Source: Octopus bimaculoides
Taxonomy: Eukaryota
Direction: 5' to 3'
Assembly: GCF_001194135.2 (NCBI RefSeq)
Contig: NC_068981.1
Coordinates: 40,875,193 to 40,939,192, forward strand
Length of the DNA stretch: 64,000 nucleotides
Below are positions 12,546-25,266 of this stretch, one piece after another. The first letter of the stretch is position 1, and the number at the start of each line of letters is the position of its first letter. Below the pieces are notes generated by a model, which made no database searches, was not told the origin of the DNA, and saw only the letters and a program-made list of their open reading frames with translations. Position numbers and translations under genes: made by a program.

Positions 12546-13599
12546 CTTAAAAAACAGCAACAGTTATGTGCCAATTGACAACCTGTCCACCTCTTGATCA
12601 CATAATACCAAATGTATACAGGGAAGCTTTTAAAAAGGTGCTAGAAATAGCAGCCAAATTTTCTTCAAACTATTTTCTACTGTTTTGAAAATGGTCATTT
12701 TAGATGAAGTACTTATGAAAATAAGATGACTATCAGAGCTTGAATGCTTCTGGTCATAGGTCTGCTTAATCAGGGTCATTTTGGAGATAAATAACAGCCA
12801 ATTACTAATGTCATAAATTTGTTTGGTCAAGGGTGGCCAAAGTTACCGAGATCGTAACTAAAATATATGCACATCCCCTTTTCTTCCTCATTTTCAGATG
12901 AGGTGCAAGAACCCAGCACATTAAATTTTCTACATTCTTTGCAGTAATAATTTCTTTTTAAATCAAAGTTACTTTCACTTTTGTATAGTTGAAATTGCAA
13001 TCCTGCCATTTAAAACATTTTGAAGTAAATTGTGGTAATCTTTCATTTTTATGGTAAAATAAAAGTGGAAAATTATAAGCTATCCACGTTAAAAAATTGA
13101 AATACTGGAAAAAAAAATTTTTTCAGAACCAATTTCTGTATTTTTAAATATGAAATTCAGAAAAAAGTAAATTTTGGAATATGTTAAAAAGACAAACAAA
13201 GGGTGGTCTGCAGAAGATAAAAGCTTTGAAGTGGTAAAACTGTAATCCTCATAGTTGAAAATTTAGAAGTCCAAAGAAATTTTTGGAAAAAAAAATGGGG
13301 CAGGCATATTCAACATTTTCACCTGGATAGACATTGCCAAAAAGTGTGTCAAGATTTTCACTTCCTTGCAAAATAATTAAATCGACTCTCAGAAGGAAGA
13401 CTGAGAGTCAAAGCAGAGATCAGATTAATGAGAACTGAAAATGCGAGGATTGGAACAAATACTGCACGGTATTTGATGCTCTAATAACTTTGCCAGTTGA
13501 TTGTCCTTAATGTAACTGATAATCATGATATATTACTTTAAAATACTTTTTATAACAGTAGTGCTGAGCAAAACCATTGACTCATTGGTCCCTCCTCTT

Positions 13600-14560
13600 A
13601 AGATACAAGGGAGGATGAGGGACAGTTTTGATGCCCATCTCTGTCAAGTAGGTTATCAGGATGGGATTGTGGATTGGTGCATTGTCCTGGTGCAGGTGCC
13701 AAGCTGAATGGAAGAGCTCTGGCCTTTTACAATGAAATCTCTTCGTTAACTCCCTCAAAATACCCACAGAGTACTCTTTGATGACTACCTGGCCAGAAGG
13801 AACATAGTGGATGTAGATGATGCCTTTGCTGCCAAAAAAGAGGATCATCATGAGCTTCTCAGTGGATTTGAGTTGCATGGCCTTCTTGGGTCTGAGGAAA
13901 CCAAGATGCTTCCATTAGGCATCTATCTTTTGGTTTCTGGGCCATAACAGTGGATCCGGCTTTCATCACTGGTCACCAAAGACACAAGTACTCTTGGATT
14001 GGAAGTAATGAGCTCAACCTTTACCCTGCTATTACCTACATATATTTTCTTCTGTTCATCATTGAGCACCCTGGGAACAAACTTTGCACATGTTCAGATC
14101 TTCATGAACAATTCTGTGTAGTTGCCACACCAACTTCAAATTGCATGCTTATTTTCTTTATAGATATATGATGGTCTTCATCCAAAAAATTTCTCAACAC
14201 TGACGTTCTAACATCCCTCTCCTTACCATACCTCTCATCACTTATCTACCATTCTTGAACATCTTGTGCCAGCAAAAACCAGATGCTCAGCTCATACAAG
14301 TTTAATACATAAGCAGTCTGAAGCATTTCATAAGTGTCTGCTATGTTTTTGCCCAGTTTAACACCAAATTTTATGGCATAGCATGCTCTCAAACTATCAG
14401 TACATCCCAACTACACTCTGTAAATTAGTCAACTGTCAGAAGCAGTGCTTAGTAGGGTGTGTTCAAAGTAGCTGTCTTCTTCAACCTGGAATAAAAAATG
14501 TTGACAGGTCAAGTTATTAGATGTATAGTAATGATATACTAAAATTACAATAACCTCAGA
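13600..14560 (-). mobile_element. Decayed mariner (Tc1/mariner) element, 3'-truncated
   Basis: Minus-strand AIKFGVKLGK N-terminal region and WHLHQDNAPIH...VPHPP catalytic region. Confidence 0.75.
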
Positions 14561-14564
14561 CAAC

Positions 14565-15786
14565 TACAAGGGTTGGTTGAAAAGGTCATAGGCTAACCAA
14601 GATATTCTCAAGGAATGTGATCAAATAAGGTTTATTTTTCAACATAGTCCCCCTTGCAGTCCACACACTTCTTTCATCCTGTTGTTCAAAAAAGTCATTA
14701 ACAGCAGATATGTCATCATCATCACAATACTGATTCCCAGTCAAATGTTTTTTCATGTTAGGGAACAAATGATAGTCAGATGGCGCCAAATTAAGAGAAT
14801 AGGGAGCATGATCAACTAGTTCAAAGCCCAGTCATGCACAGCAGCCACTGAAACCAAGGACCAATGTTCTGGAGCATTGTCCTGATGAAATAAGGCCCCT
14901 TTCATCAGTTTTCCTGAGCACATGGTCTTGATAGCCTTTCGTTCAGCAAGATGGTACAGAACTCTCCATCAATGGTGTAGCCCTTTTGAAGATAGTCAAT
15001 AAACACAATGCCATTTGCATCCCAAAAAAACTGAGGCTTGCACATGGAAATGACTGGCCTTTTTGCACATGGAATGACTTTGGCCTTTTTGGAGTAGGTG
15101 AAGAGGAGTGTTTCCACTCCATGGATTATCTCATTGTCTCTGAGCCGAAGTGATGAAGCCAACACTCATCTTGGATAAGGAAACATTCAAGGAAACCAGC
15201 TGGATCTGCCTCAAACAATGTCAGATTTTCCAATGATGTGATGACCCTGATGAGCTTTTTATCAGGTGTCAGATGTGACACCCACCAAGCAGAAACTTTC
15301 CTCATGCCAAGTTCATTCTCAACTCTCTCATGGGATATACTAATAGTATTAGTTATTTGATTTATAGCCAAACGCCTCTCATCTATCACCATGTGGTGAA
15401 TACGATTAATGTTTTCCTAGACGGTGGCAGTTGCAGGACGTCCAGACCTTGAATCATCTTCAAGACTCTCTCTTCCCCTCCTAAAAGTCAGCTGCCCACT
15501 TTTGCGCTGTTGATAAAGCTAGAACGTCATCCTCTGATGTAGCAACATGTCAGCATGAATGTCCTTGGTGGCTATCCTTCTTTCTGCAGTCACTGGATAA
15601 TACCACGATGCCAAACTTTGTTCTTTTTCAAGAAGAGTAGCAACTAGTTACTTCTGAAGTCTCCTTTGAACACTCAGATGTCAGTTTACCGAGAAAGAAA
15701 CAATGAAGGACTGGCATTAATGCATACAAGATTTCACAACACTCCTTCATAGTCGACGTATGAACTATTCAGATCAACCTCGTGTA
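14565..15786 (-). mobile_element. Near full-length decayed mariner
   Basis: TA-flanked imperfect TIRs (TACAAGGGTTGGTTGAAAAGGTCATAGG / rc TACACGAGGTTGATCTGAATAGTTCATACG). Transposase fragments WWVSHLT, QDECW and APSDYHLFPNMKKHL. Confidence 0.85.
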
Positions 15787-16224
15787 ACCGCGTCTCCTTA
15801 AAAACAACCGAAACTTCTGGAATGCATGTGTGAATTCGGTTGCTTGTTCTAAAAGCTGAGCGGCAGCGTGGAATCTCCTTCATAGCGTTTAGTGGGGTGT
15901 ACTTTTCGTACTGAGCTGAGCCGATGGACAGTTAATTTTCGTTAAACTTGAGATTAAATTTATATAAAGCAAAATAAATTTTGATTTTACATTTTAAAAG
16001 TTTCAGTTAATGTTAAAATTGCTATTCAATTTTTCAAACTGATTCCTTTCTAACAATTTTTGGCACTGCTATGTAAAAAATTAGAGCTGGAGTGAACAAA
16101 TATTATATCAACTAAAAACAGCGGGAAAACAAATTTGCAATATACATAGCACCTCGGTTTTCGAACACCTCTTATCACGAATAAATCGTGCTTTATCTCC
16201 TGTCTTTCTCATATTCATTTAATA

Positions 16225-16309
16225 CAGTAGTACCTCGGTTTACGAACGCCTCTGATCACGAATAAATCGTGCTTTTGGTCAGAAGTGTTCGAAAACCGAG
16301 ATACTACTG
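16225..16309. mobile_element. 85-bp palindromic Tigger/pogo-like MITE, with partial copy at 16143-16196
   Basis: TA|CAGTAGTACCTCGGTTTACGAAC ... GTTCGAAAACCGAGATACTACTG|TA. Confidence 0.75.
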
Positions 16310-17224
16310 TATTCCATAATATTATCTTTACAATCAAGTTATCTATTGAAATATTGAAACGATAGGAAATAATGGTTGCTTCGTCTACAATGAAATTACT
16401 TGACTAAGTTTCATATCAAATAAGGATATTCTGGGGAAAAAAAAACATTATTCGACACAAATATCACACACAATAAAATGAACTCTGGGATAAGATTAAA
16501 TAGTTAACAGAAGCAAAAACAAATGTTTTTTTTTTTAATTAAGAAAACAACACATTTTGTTAACAGCGCTGTTATTCAGTCTTATGTCCAACCTGACCCA
16601 GCAAAAGTAGGAAGGAAAATACGCTCGCAAAAAAATCTTTTCTATATGTCCAATTTTTTTTCAAGTGTGTAAGGTGTAGGCTTGCAGCTATTTCCATCAG
16701 ATCAAAAGACAGAAAGGTTCCCCGTTTTCTCGAGTCGTTTAGTCATAGGTCAACCAACCCTGATCGAGCACACTTTATGATTAAAGGCATTCCAGTCGTG
16801 ATCAGCTTTTTCCTATGTGCAAGGAAAGCAGGACAACATTGTCCAACGTGGATGTTTCCAAGAGGGTTAGGATGTGAAAGAAGGGAAATTTGATTGCATT
16901 TTCTAGAAGATCGAACAACTGCATATAAGCTACATTGCTGGTTCGAGTTCATCTGTGGGATATAGTTTTACTTAGCACCAGCTCAGTCCTAATAGGTCAT
17001 CTATGAGCCAACGAGGAAACTTACGTGGTCGCTCAAACCACTAGAAATAGATGCTAAACTTTCCTCGATCACACCCAAGCAGCTTAAAAAGGGAGAAAAC
17101 ATTAAACAATGCTTTATGGTTACTGCTGTGTTGTTTGATTGTTGATTTTATTCTGCTTCCCCCCCTCCTCCCTCAAATCACAATATTCAGTCTGAGAGAT
17201 ATTGAACAATCCTTATTGACATTC

Positions 17225-17375
17225 TTCCGATGAATCTGATCAAAGATCAGATTGACCTGCTTAACCAGCTAGAAAGCGCAGCCAAATTTTCCTTAAATCA
17301 CGCTCTACCGAGCTAAGATACACCTAGAGATGGGATGATCAGAGCTGGAATGCTTTTATATTGATCTGCTAAACA
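17225..17375 (+). repeat. Copy of a third interspersed repeat family (CTAGAAATAGCAGCCAAAT..CCTCAAATCACACC core)
   Basis: The same core recurs at about 12641, 17041, 19485, 29660 (rc) and 60900 (rc). Confidence 0.55.
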
Positions 17376-18356
17376 ACAAATCGGCAATCGACGAATACCG
17401 AAAAATTGCCCAACGAATCATTGTATTGCGAAACAGCGACAAACTGAAAAATTGATCACTTCATTACATTTCAGAATTAAAATTTTTTTAATAAGGAATG
17501 CTTAACGAAATTTAACTTATGTAAACAGCTTAAATTTCCAAAGCGGAAAATTCTGAAAAAAAAAATTGCAAAATGAAGAAATCTTAGTACTTATATTTGA
17601 TATTCGTTAGTACCAAAATTTCTTTAAAATAGCCGAGAAAATCCATATCAGAGAGGAAGCAGTTGGCTGCAATGGCGAGTGCAAAGAGATTTTCCTCCTT
17701 GAGACGATAATATATCGCCATTACTTACACACAGACATTGTTATATTCAGATTTATTTGATTACATATTATTAATCTCAAAATAAAAAGTGATTATATAT
17801 ATATATATATATGATATACACACACATACACATACAAACACACGTGTGTGTGCATTTGCATGTGTTTTTGTTTTAATGGCCACATTTCATGACCCCCTGA
17901 CAAGTACCACTCCGAAGGCCAATAGCTATTTCACAAATAGGGCAAAAGACTGCTTCTTCGAAATTCTGAAAAGTTTATGGCCTAAGCATTAAGATATACA
18001 AATTTTATTTCCCAAGCAGTAAAATATACAATTTAAACATACAAACATTGATTGAACTGACATAACAAAAGCAAGTGGAAATAAAGAAATCAGATCTAAC
18101 GAAACGATTTTTCTCCTTTCTTTTTTTTTCAAAGTTTAACCGATTAAAATAATGTTAAATCCACGATTTATAAAAGCAGAAACTACTTACTGTTATCGTA
18201 GACGGACACGATAATTCCAGAGCGTATTTTATCTAATAATTATTGAGGTTTTTCACCATATAATATGATTTTCTGAAATATTGAAAACGACGACCAAAAC
18301 GAACAAACAATATGGCTAAGAGACATGGAGCCTCATTTTGGGGTCGAGGAAGATGA

Positions 18357-18397
18357 ATGACGTCATTAGAAGCCAATGGTTCAGCTGTGTCGGAAGT
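18357..18397 (+). promoter_or_regulatory. Candidate NHE8 core promoter motif cluster: CRE palindrome, CCAAT box, ETS-like site
   Basis: ATGACGTCAT 18357-18366, AGCCAATGG 18371-18379 and CGGAAGT 18391-18397, within a CpG-retaining region. Function is inferred. Confidence 0.45.
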
Positions 18398-18635
18398 TTC
18401 TTGTCATGGTGAACATGGCACCACACTCACTTTTCACCATTGGATTAATAATGTGTATATTTGTCACTCAATGTCAATGCTATTCGCAAAGAAATGAAAA
18501 CCAGATAAATAAAAACCGTTACTTTCATCGTAGAAGTATTTCTGATGTTTTTGTAAGATATCTTAGAAATGTTAGTGTTAAAGATGATGGAGGTACTTTA
18601 GATAAAAACAATCAGACTACCATAAAAAATATTAG
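18376..18635 (+). CDS. SLC9A8: NHE8 exon 1 (signal-peptide-like N-terminus); start codon uncertain among 18376, 18406, 18415
   Basis: [40 protein letters not shown]...IKNI ends at AG|GTGAGT in phase 2, matching the phase-2 start of exon 2 (AG+C = Ser). No homology support for this exon by itself. Confidence 0.75.
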
Positions 18636-19030
18636 GTGAGTAAAGTTTCGACATTCAAATATAGTTCAACCTATGTTTATCTAATTATGAAATGTGTAAG
18701 TCTATGAAAGTGGGGTTTAGAAAATGATAAAATTTTATCTATAAGATTATATTTATTAAAAATTAAAAGTCTAGGAATTATATTTCTTTATTAACATTTC
18801 CAGTTTCTTAAGTTTGATTTAATATATTTGATATTCGTTATTTTTTTTTTTTTCAATGAAATATAATATTGCATGTTTGTAATATTTTGCCTCAGTTTAA
18901 TTGTTTACAATGTATAAAGATTTCGAAATACAAATGAAGTGAACTGATTGATTTAATACATAATAAATCAGTTTAAATTGAAACTCATTGATTTTATTGT
19001 ACTGCCGAACCCTTAGCCATTATGTGTATG

Positions 19031-19076
<46 letters not shown>

Positions 19077-22000
19077 CATATTTATATACATGAAATAATT
19101 TTTTTTTTATTGAGGTATTTTTAACATCTTTATGCACCCCTTTTTTTTTTACAGCAATGTTGTTAAGTTGTCAAAATTCCATGGGTGTGTAAAAGTAACA
19201 AGTGCCTTTTTGGCACGAGATGAAACATGTTATATAAACCGTAGCTTTTACAAAGATAAACGTTCGCAACCGAATGAAATGTTTTGGGGTTGTTGTCTAT
19301 ACTATGATGATACAGTGGATTTTTTATTAATATTTATTGTATACGTTTTTGTTTCGATATCAGCTTATGTTGAACAAAACCTCAAATCACTTATTATTTT
19401 CAATTTATTATTTGACATAATCTTTTTTGTTTACTTAACGAACAGATTCCGATCCAAGTCGGGAAACTCATTATGTTTGTCGCTCGACCTACAGAAAAAA
19501 AACAATTCTGCTTCAAATATACATCTTACTGTCTTAAAAAGAAGAGGTGGGGACATCATTAATAATTTGATCGTAAATATTCCATGTCTGAAATGAAAGA
19601 CAGAGTGGTCATGACTAGAATACTTTTAATGATCGATTTCTTCTGTCAGGGAATGCCATGGGGCTGATCTACAACAGCAAATCGACAATTTTAATATTCC
19701 TTATTCATAGTGCAGTGGTGTTATTTATTGAAATCAAAAACATAGACTGTGTATCTTGAGATTCTTCAAATATCTAGCAATTCATTGTACTGGTTTTATT
19801 GTATAGAAAGCAATTAGAGGGAGAGAAAAAGTATTTCATATCTTATTTTAATATTGTATTGAACTTAACACCTGTAATAAATGTAAGCAGCAAATGTTAT
19901 AACTTCGTTAATGTTGCGAATTTTTAATTAAACTGAATACTGCTGTCTGGGTCCAGTTGACCTAATTTTAAAACTAACCTATGATTTCGTTTTTCCTAAG
20001 TTGTGAAGCTAATTGGGGCATAGTGTGTTTGTTGAAATATAAAAATTTCTTTCGTTTGTTAATTGCGACAAAATTTATAAGTTACACCACTGTGCGTCCT
20101 TTGGACACTAAAATTGAATCAGTTTTTATTATATTAATTATTATAACCAGTTGTGAACTTTTAATATTATTTTATTTTATAAGATATATTTGTATTGTTT
20201 GTTGGATCTTAACGTCTGGTTATATTTATTAGATTTTATGTCTCATCTTGTTATTATTGAATCCATACTACTGTCTTCTTAACGGAATATACACATTGCT
20301 TAATAATATTTTCTATTAGGCACAACGTCTGAAATTTGGGACAGGGACCTAGTTGATTATATCGACTCCGAAAAGTCAAAGTCGACCTCGGTGGAATTTG
20401 AACTCAAAACATGAAATGACGCTCGGCATTTTGCCCAGCGTTCAAAGTACTTTTATTATTATCACCATCAATTCATCCGCATGTTCTTACGTGCTGAGAG
20501 GAACCCTTCTTCATGAGTCTGTTTTCTATGATCTTCTACACCTTCCACGTTCGAACTTAAAGCACTTTCTTAACTAAGAGTCTACTTGAAAGCTGCCTCT
20601 TCTGCATACATCTGTGGAGCCACTTTCTCTTTTCCCTGGCCTTTAACCTTACACTAAAGTTGACAGCTAATTAAATGGATAGGCTCAACTAATGTCTCTC
20701 AAGTTTCTACATTTCTAGTATGCTTGGAACTTTTACTGCAGCTCTTTGATATGTTCTGCAATGAGAACAGATCGTCAGCTTTGAAAATGTCCAAGGACAT
20801 TCAATGCTGAACTTCCTTATTATATCTTCAAGAATTATAATGAATAGCATTGGATCGAACAGAGGTTTAGGTAACATCTTGACCGAATTTGTTAATAATG
20901 TCTCGGCCTTGCCTCCATTCCTTTCCTTCATTGCCTTTATAACCATGTTTCAAATAACCTCCGTAACTGACTCCGCTGCTTATTACAAGTCTTCATGGCA
21001 ATATTTCTTAGGACATACACTGCTTACATGTTTCAATTTAAATTTTAAAATAATCAAGAATTTGGACAAATATTGGTAAAAATTTAATTAACCACATTAA
21101 TGCTTGGAACCTAACGGAAAAGAAAATGGACGATTTTAATTGAAATATGAATAGGTTTTTTTTTTATCACATAGGAACCAGAGGTGCCCTTAAAACGGGT
21201 CGTTATTAAAAAGATTAACTTAGATTTTACTATCTTGTTCATTTCTTATTTAACAACCACTTGAACGTACATATTTATGCCTTTTCTTTTCACTTACACT
21301 GAAGGTTCTGTCAGTGTTGTTTCTGACACAGCTTTCCCTTTTTGCTTCCTTGTTCGTGCAAACTGCGTTTCAGTTTAGAATCGTTTTATATATAGAAATG
21401 ATATTTGTTAGCTTAAAATATTGACATATACACATTTATCTTTCAAATAATAATCTCCCGTTTGCTTCTGTTAATTTTGAGACCGATTTTGCCTGTCATT
21501 CATAGAATTAAAATATAGCTGAGAAAAGTAATAAAACTCATTTAGTGTTGGTATCACATCAAAATATTTGCCTCTTTTTGCTTACAGCATAGAGAACCTT
21601 ATTGAATCCCTTACTTTCTACTTATTTCTAATAATATAAATTTCTTACTCTTCCCACTTCGTTTTCAATCTTCCTATGTTTAGCTCATGTAACACCATCC
21701 ACTCAGCTATGCTAATTTAACATCATGTTGATCTGAGAGTGAAGGCAATATAGTCTTAGCATTAAGAGTTGAATTTGTAATTACAATGACAAATTTGACC
21801 AAATGTATGATTCTGAATGATGGCACATGATAAAGGAGGCATGAGTAAAATCAATGCTTTCTATAAAGGACACCAGTAGAGAATCTTACACATCTTTTAT
21901 CTCTGCAAACCTTCAAATGAGGAAAGTGCACGACTGCAATAGTCTGATCCGAATGTCAGTAGCTCAGATGCATTTAGAATGGACCAGGATAGGGTACCAA

Positions 22001-25000
22001 AATTAGCACTAAGATTAACATCACTTAGGAAATAAACACTTGGACTGCCAAAGGACACTTGGTACAGAATAGGTGAAAGCAAGCTGGGAAGAAATGGATC
22101 TTACATGAAATATTCCAATTAATGTTATAGATTTAGAATACCCTTTTTTTGAACACAATTTTTCTAGAATCAAGACCTAAGAGCCTCTTTGCAGTTGTTC
22201 AACCTGCTAGAAATCATCATCATCGTTTAACATCCGCTTTCCATACTAGCATGGGTTGGACAATTTGACTGAGGACTGACAAGCCAGAAGGCTGCACCAG
22301 GCTCCAATCTGATCTGGCAGAGTTTCTACAGCTGGATGCCCTTCCTAATGCCAACCACTCCAAGAGTGTAGTAGGTGCTTTTACGTGCCACCAGCACGAG
22401 GGCCAGTCACACGGTACTGGCAACGGCCACGCTCAAAAAAGTGTTTTTTATGTGCCACCTGCACAGGAGCCAGTCCAGCGGCACTGAGGAGCCAAATTTC
22501 TTTTAATCCACACCCTTTCATTTCAAAAGGAGCAGAACACCTGGGATAATGTGGTCCTGCATACAGTTTGTGTTGATCCAAGACTAAATAACAAGCAGCC
22601 AGATAGCTTATGATTTCAAAATTAAGAATGTACAAAATAGAAAAGAATTGCTGCAAGAGTGGAATCATCAGAGGAAGAGGATTGATATGGAAGTGAACAC
22701 TGTTTACATTCTATAGGCAAAAGAGAAGTGGTTGTACCAAAATGTGTGCAGTATCTTTATGAAGAAAATGATGTAAGACAGCCAACTGGTAGCCAGGGAT
22801 AACACTTATCCTTTAAATATTGTGTTGCCAGTCTAATGTTCTTGAGTACTTATGTTATTACTGCATTCCTTTAGTATTTTTACTGTTATTCCCTTCATCC
22901 AGATCCTCTGAAGTCATTGTTTTTGGTAGAAATAAAACCTTTTCCAATAAAGAGAAGTGTTTTAATTTCCATTTTGCTGTAACAACTCTCAAAAGGGCTT
23001 AATCCACCTGACTATGAATATCTACCAAGTTCAAATGCTTTTGGAGGAGAAAAAAACTGAATTTCAGAAGTCAATGGGAAACCATCTGTTTTATGTGTTC
23101 AGAAACCATGTGGCTTTATAGTTCTGTCCATCCATTTGTATATTTGCATGGTCAGAAATATTTTTGTTTTTATTATACTCTAGTCTGACCATCTCTCTGG
23201 TTTGTTATATTCATCTGACTACTAACTGGCTGCCTTGTGCCTTTCCCTTCATACAAATATAAATACTATAGTAAGGCATCACCTAAGATCCAACATTAAA
23301 TTCCAGCTTTCAGTACATACTTTGGGAACATGCAATATATTTGCATTGCATATATGTCTGAAGAAGATATAATCATTGGTAAACAATTGAGAAAATTTTA
23401 CAGCTTATAGTTCTTTGAGATTGTTAATTTCATCAAAACTTGATTAATATAGGAATAAATATGGGCAATATGTAATTCAGGAAACTCATATGCACAGAAA
23501 ATAAAAGATTACACAGATGGATTGGTGAAACTGCCAGACAGATGGGCAAGATGCCAAGTTGTATCGACTCATCAACCTTTCTCTTATATAAGCATCAAGA
23601 ATGTATGTAGAGAGGGAAGATTTGTACACATGGTCAACTTTGACTGATGGAAACCCTATTAACAGGTGAACATAGTGTTATACATTGAGAAATCAATCAA
23701 GGAAGTATAATTATTACATGTGAAGAATTTTTATAGGTTTATCTTTGGTCTTAAAACACTTGAAACAAAAGTTTGACTTCAATTAGAATTCTATTAACCC
23801 TTTGTCTGTCCAAAGCATTTTCATAAGTTTGTTCAAAACATCCATGCTTGTTTTCAGACTTTTAGTTAGCCTTTGTTTCATACATTTTGAATAATATAAA
23901 ATTTTTCCTTTTATAAGTCCCAAGTTACTCGGATAGTTGAAAAAAGTTTCATTTGCAATGGATATCTTACTTTTGTATTTAAAATCATTCTGACATTTAA
24001 TATAAGGTCAGATAAATTTATGAGTATCGTCATCATATCATCATATATCCATTTTTCATGCTGATATCTGTTGGCTGGGATGTCACAATCACAAACATTT
24101 CATTTTGGGAAAATACTGTTCTCATAGACTGGTACTCATACCTGGCAGTTTGGTTTGGTTTGGTTTCAATGGCTGGATGCTATTGCCTATTATCAACCAG
24201 TTTACAGAGTGTACTTGGGTCCATTTTCTTATGGTACCAGAAGTGATAAATCATCAAATACACAGGACTAAAAGAACCTCACAACTCTGTGCTTTCTCAT
24301 TTGCTTCTTTGCCACCTAAAGTGCATACAGGATGAGTTTTTCATGGTAGGAATGTTGTCAAATTCTCAGTAAAACAAGATTAAAATATATATGATGATGA
24401 CATGTTTGTTTTCATGTTCAGTTATAATAAAAACAACTTTACATTTATCCGATGGGTTACAATTTCACTATTCTTATACAACAATATCATTGACAATGAC
24501 TCCGAAAAATGTCTAATGCAAGTACAATGCCCTTGAATTTGTGTGGTGGGGTTAGCTTAACTTTATCCTGGTACTTGATTGGTACTGATCTCAGAAGGAT
24601 GAAATATTGTTAGTCTTAACAAGCTTTGAACCAAAAAAAAAAAAAAATGCCCTAATGTTTTTTCTAATCCACTGCCCTATATATTAGGATTATATTAACA
24701 ATTTTAATTCAAGTAAATAATCAAGTAAAACTAGTATTTGTTACTTCATAGAACATACCAGAGTTAGAACTTGATTTTCATGTCATGGAATGTTTGAGAT
24801 AATTTTTCCCTACAGTCACATATGCACATATATACTATTTATAAAGATATATTATATATATGTAAATAGGAGTGGCTGTGTGGTAAGAAGTTTGCTTCCC
24901 AAACCATGGTTCCAGGTTGAGTCCCACTGTGTGACTCCTTGAACAAATGTCTTCTATAGCCCTAGGCCAACCAAAGCATTGTGAGTGGAATTGGTACACA

Positions 25001-25217
25001 GAAACTGAAAGCAGTCCAGTGTGTGTATACACACAAGTGAGTGAACAAATGAAAGAAGGGCACTCAACACATTTATTGGGAGATGTATGGATCAAAACAG
25101 TTTGATTCAAATTCCATGCTACTTAAAGTTTCAAAGCTGGATAAGCTTCACGAGCTTTGAAACTTTAAGTATTACAGAATTTGAATCAAACTGTTTTGAG
25201 CCATATATGTATGTATG

Positions 25218-25266
<49 letters not shown>

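Noticed and set aside
19132-19596. 154-aa ORF in NHE8 intron 1
   Set aside because: AT-rich, overlaps an interspersed repeat at its 3' end, and has no recognisable domain.
24868-24940. tRNA-like A/B boxes
   Set aside because: No cloverleaf; continues into a SINE body that is repeated in the window.
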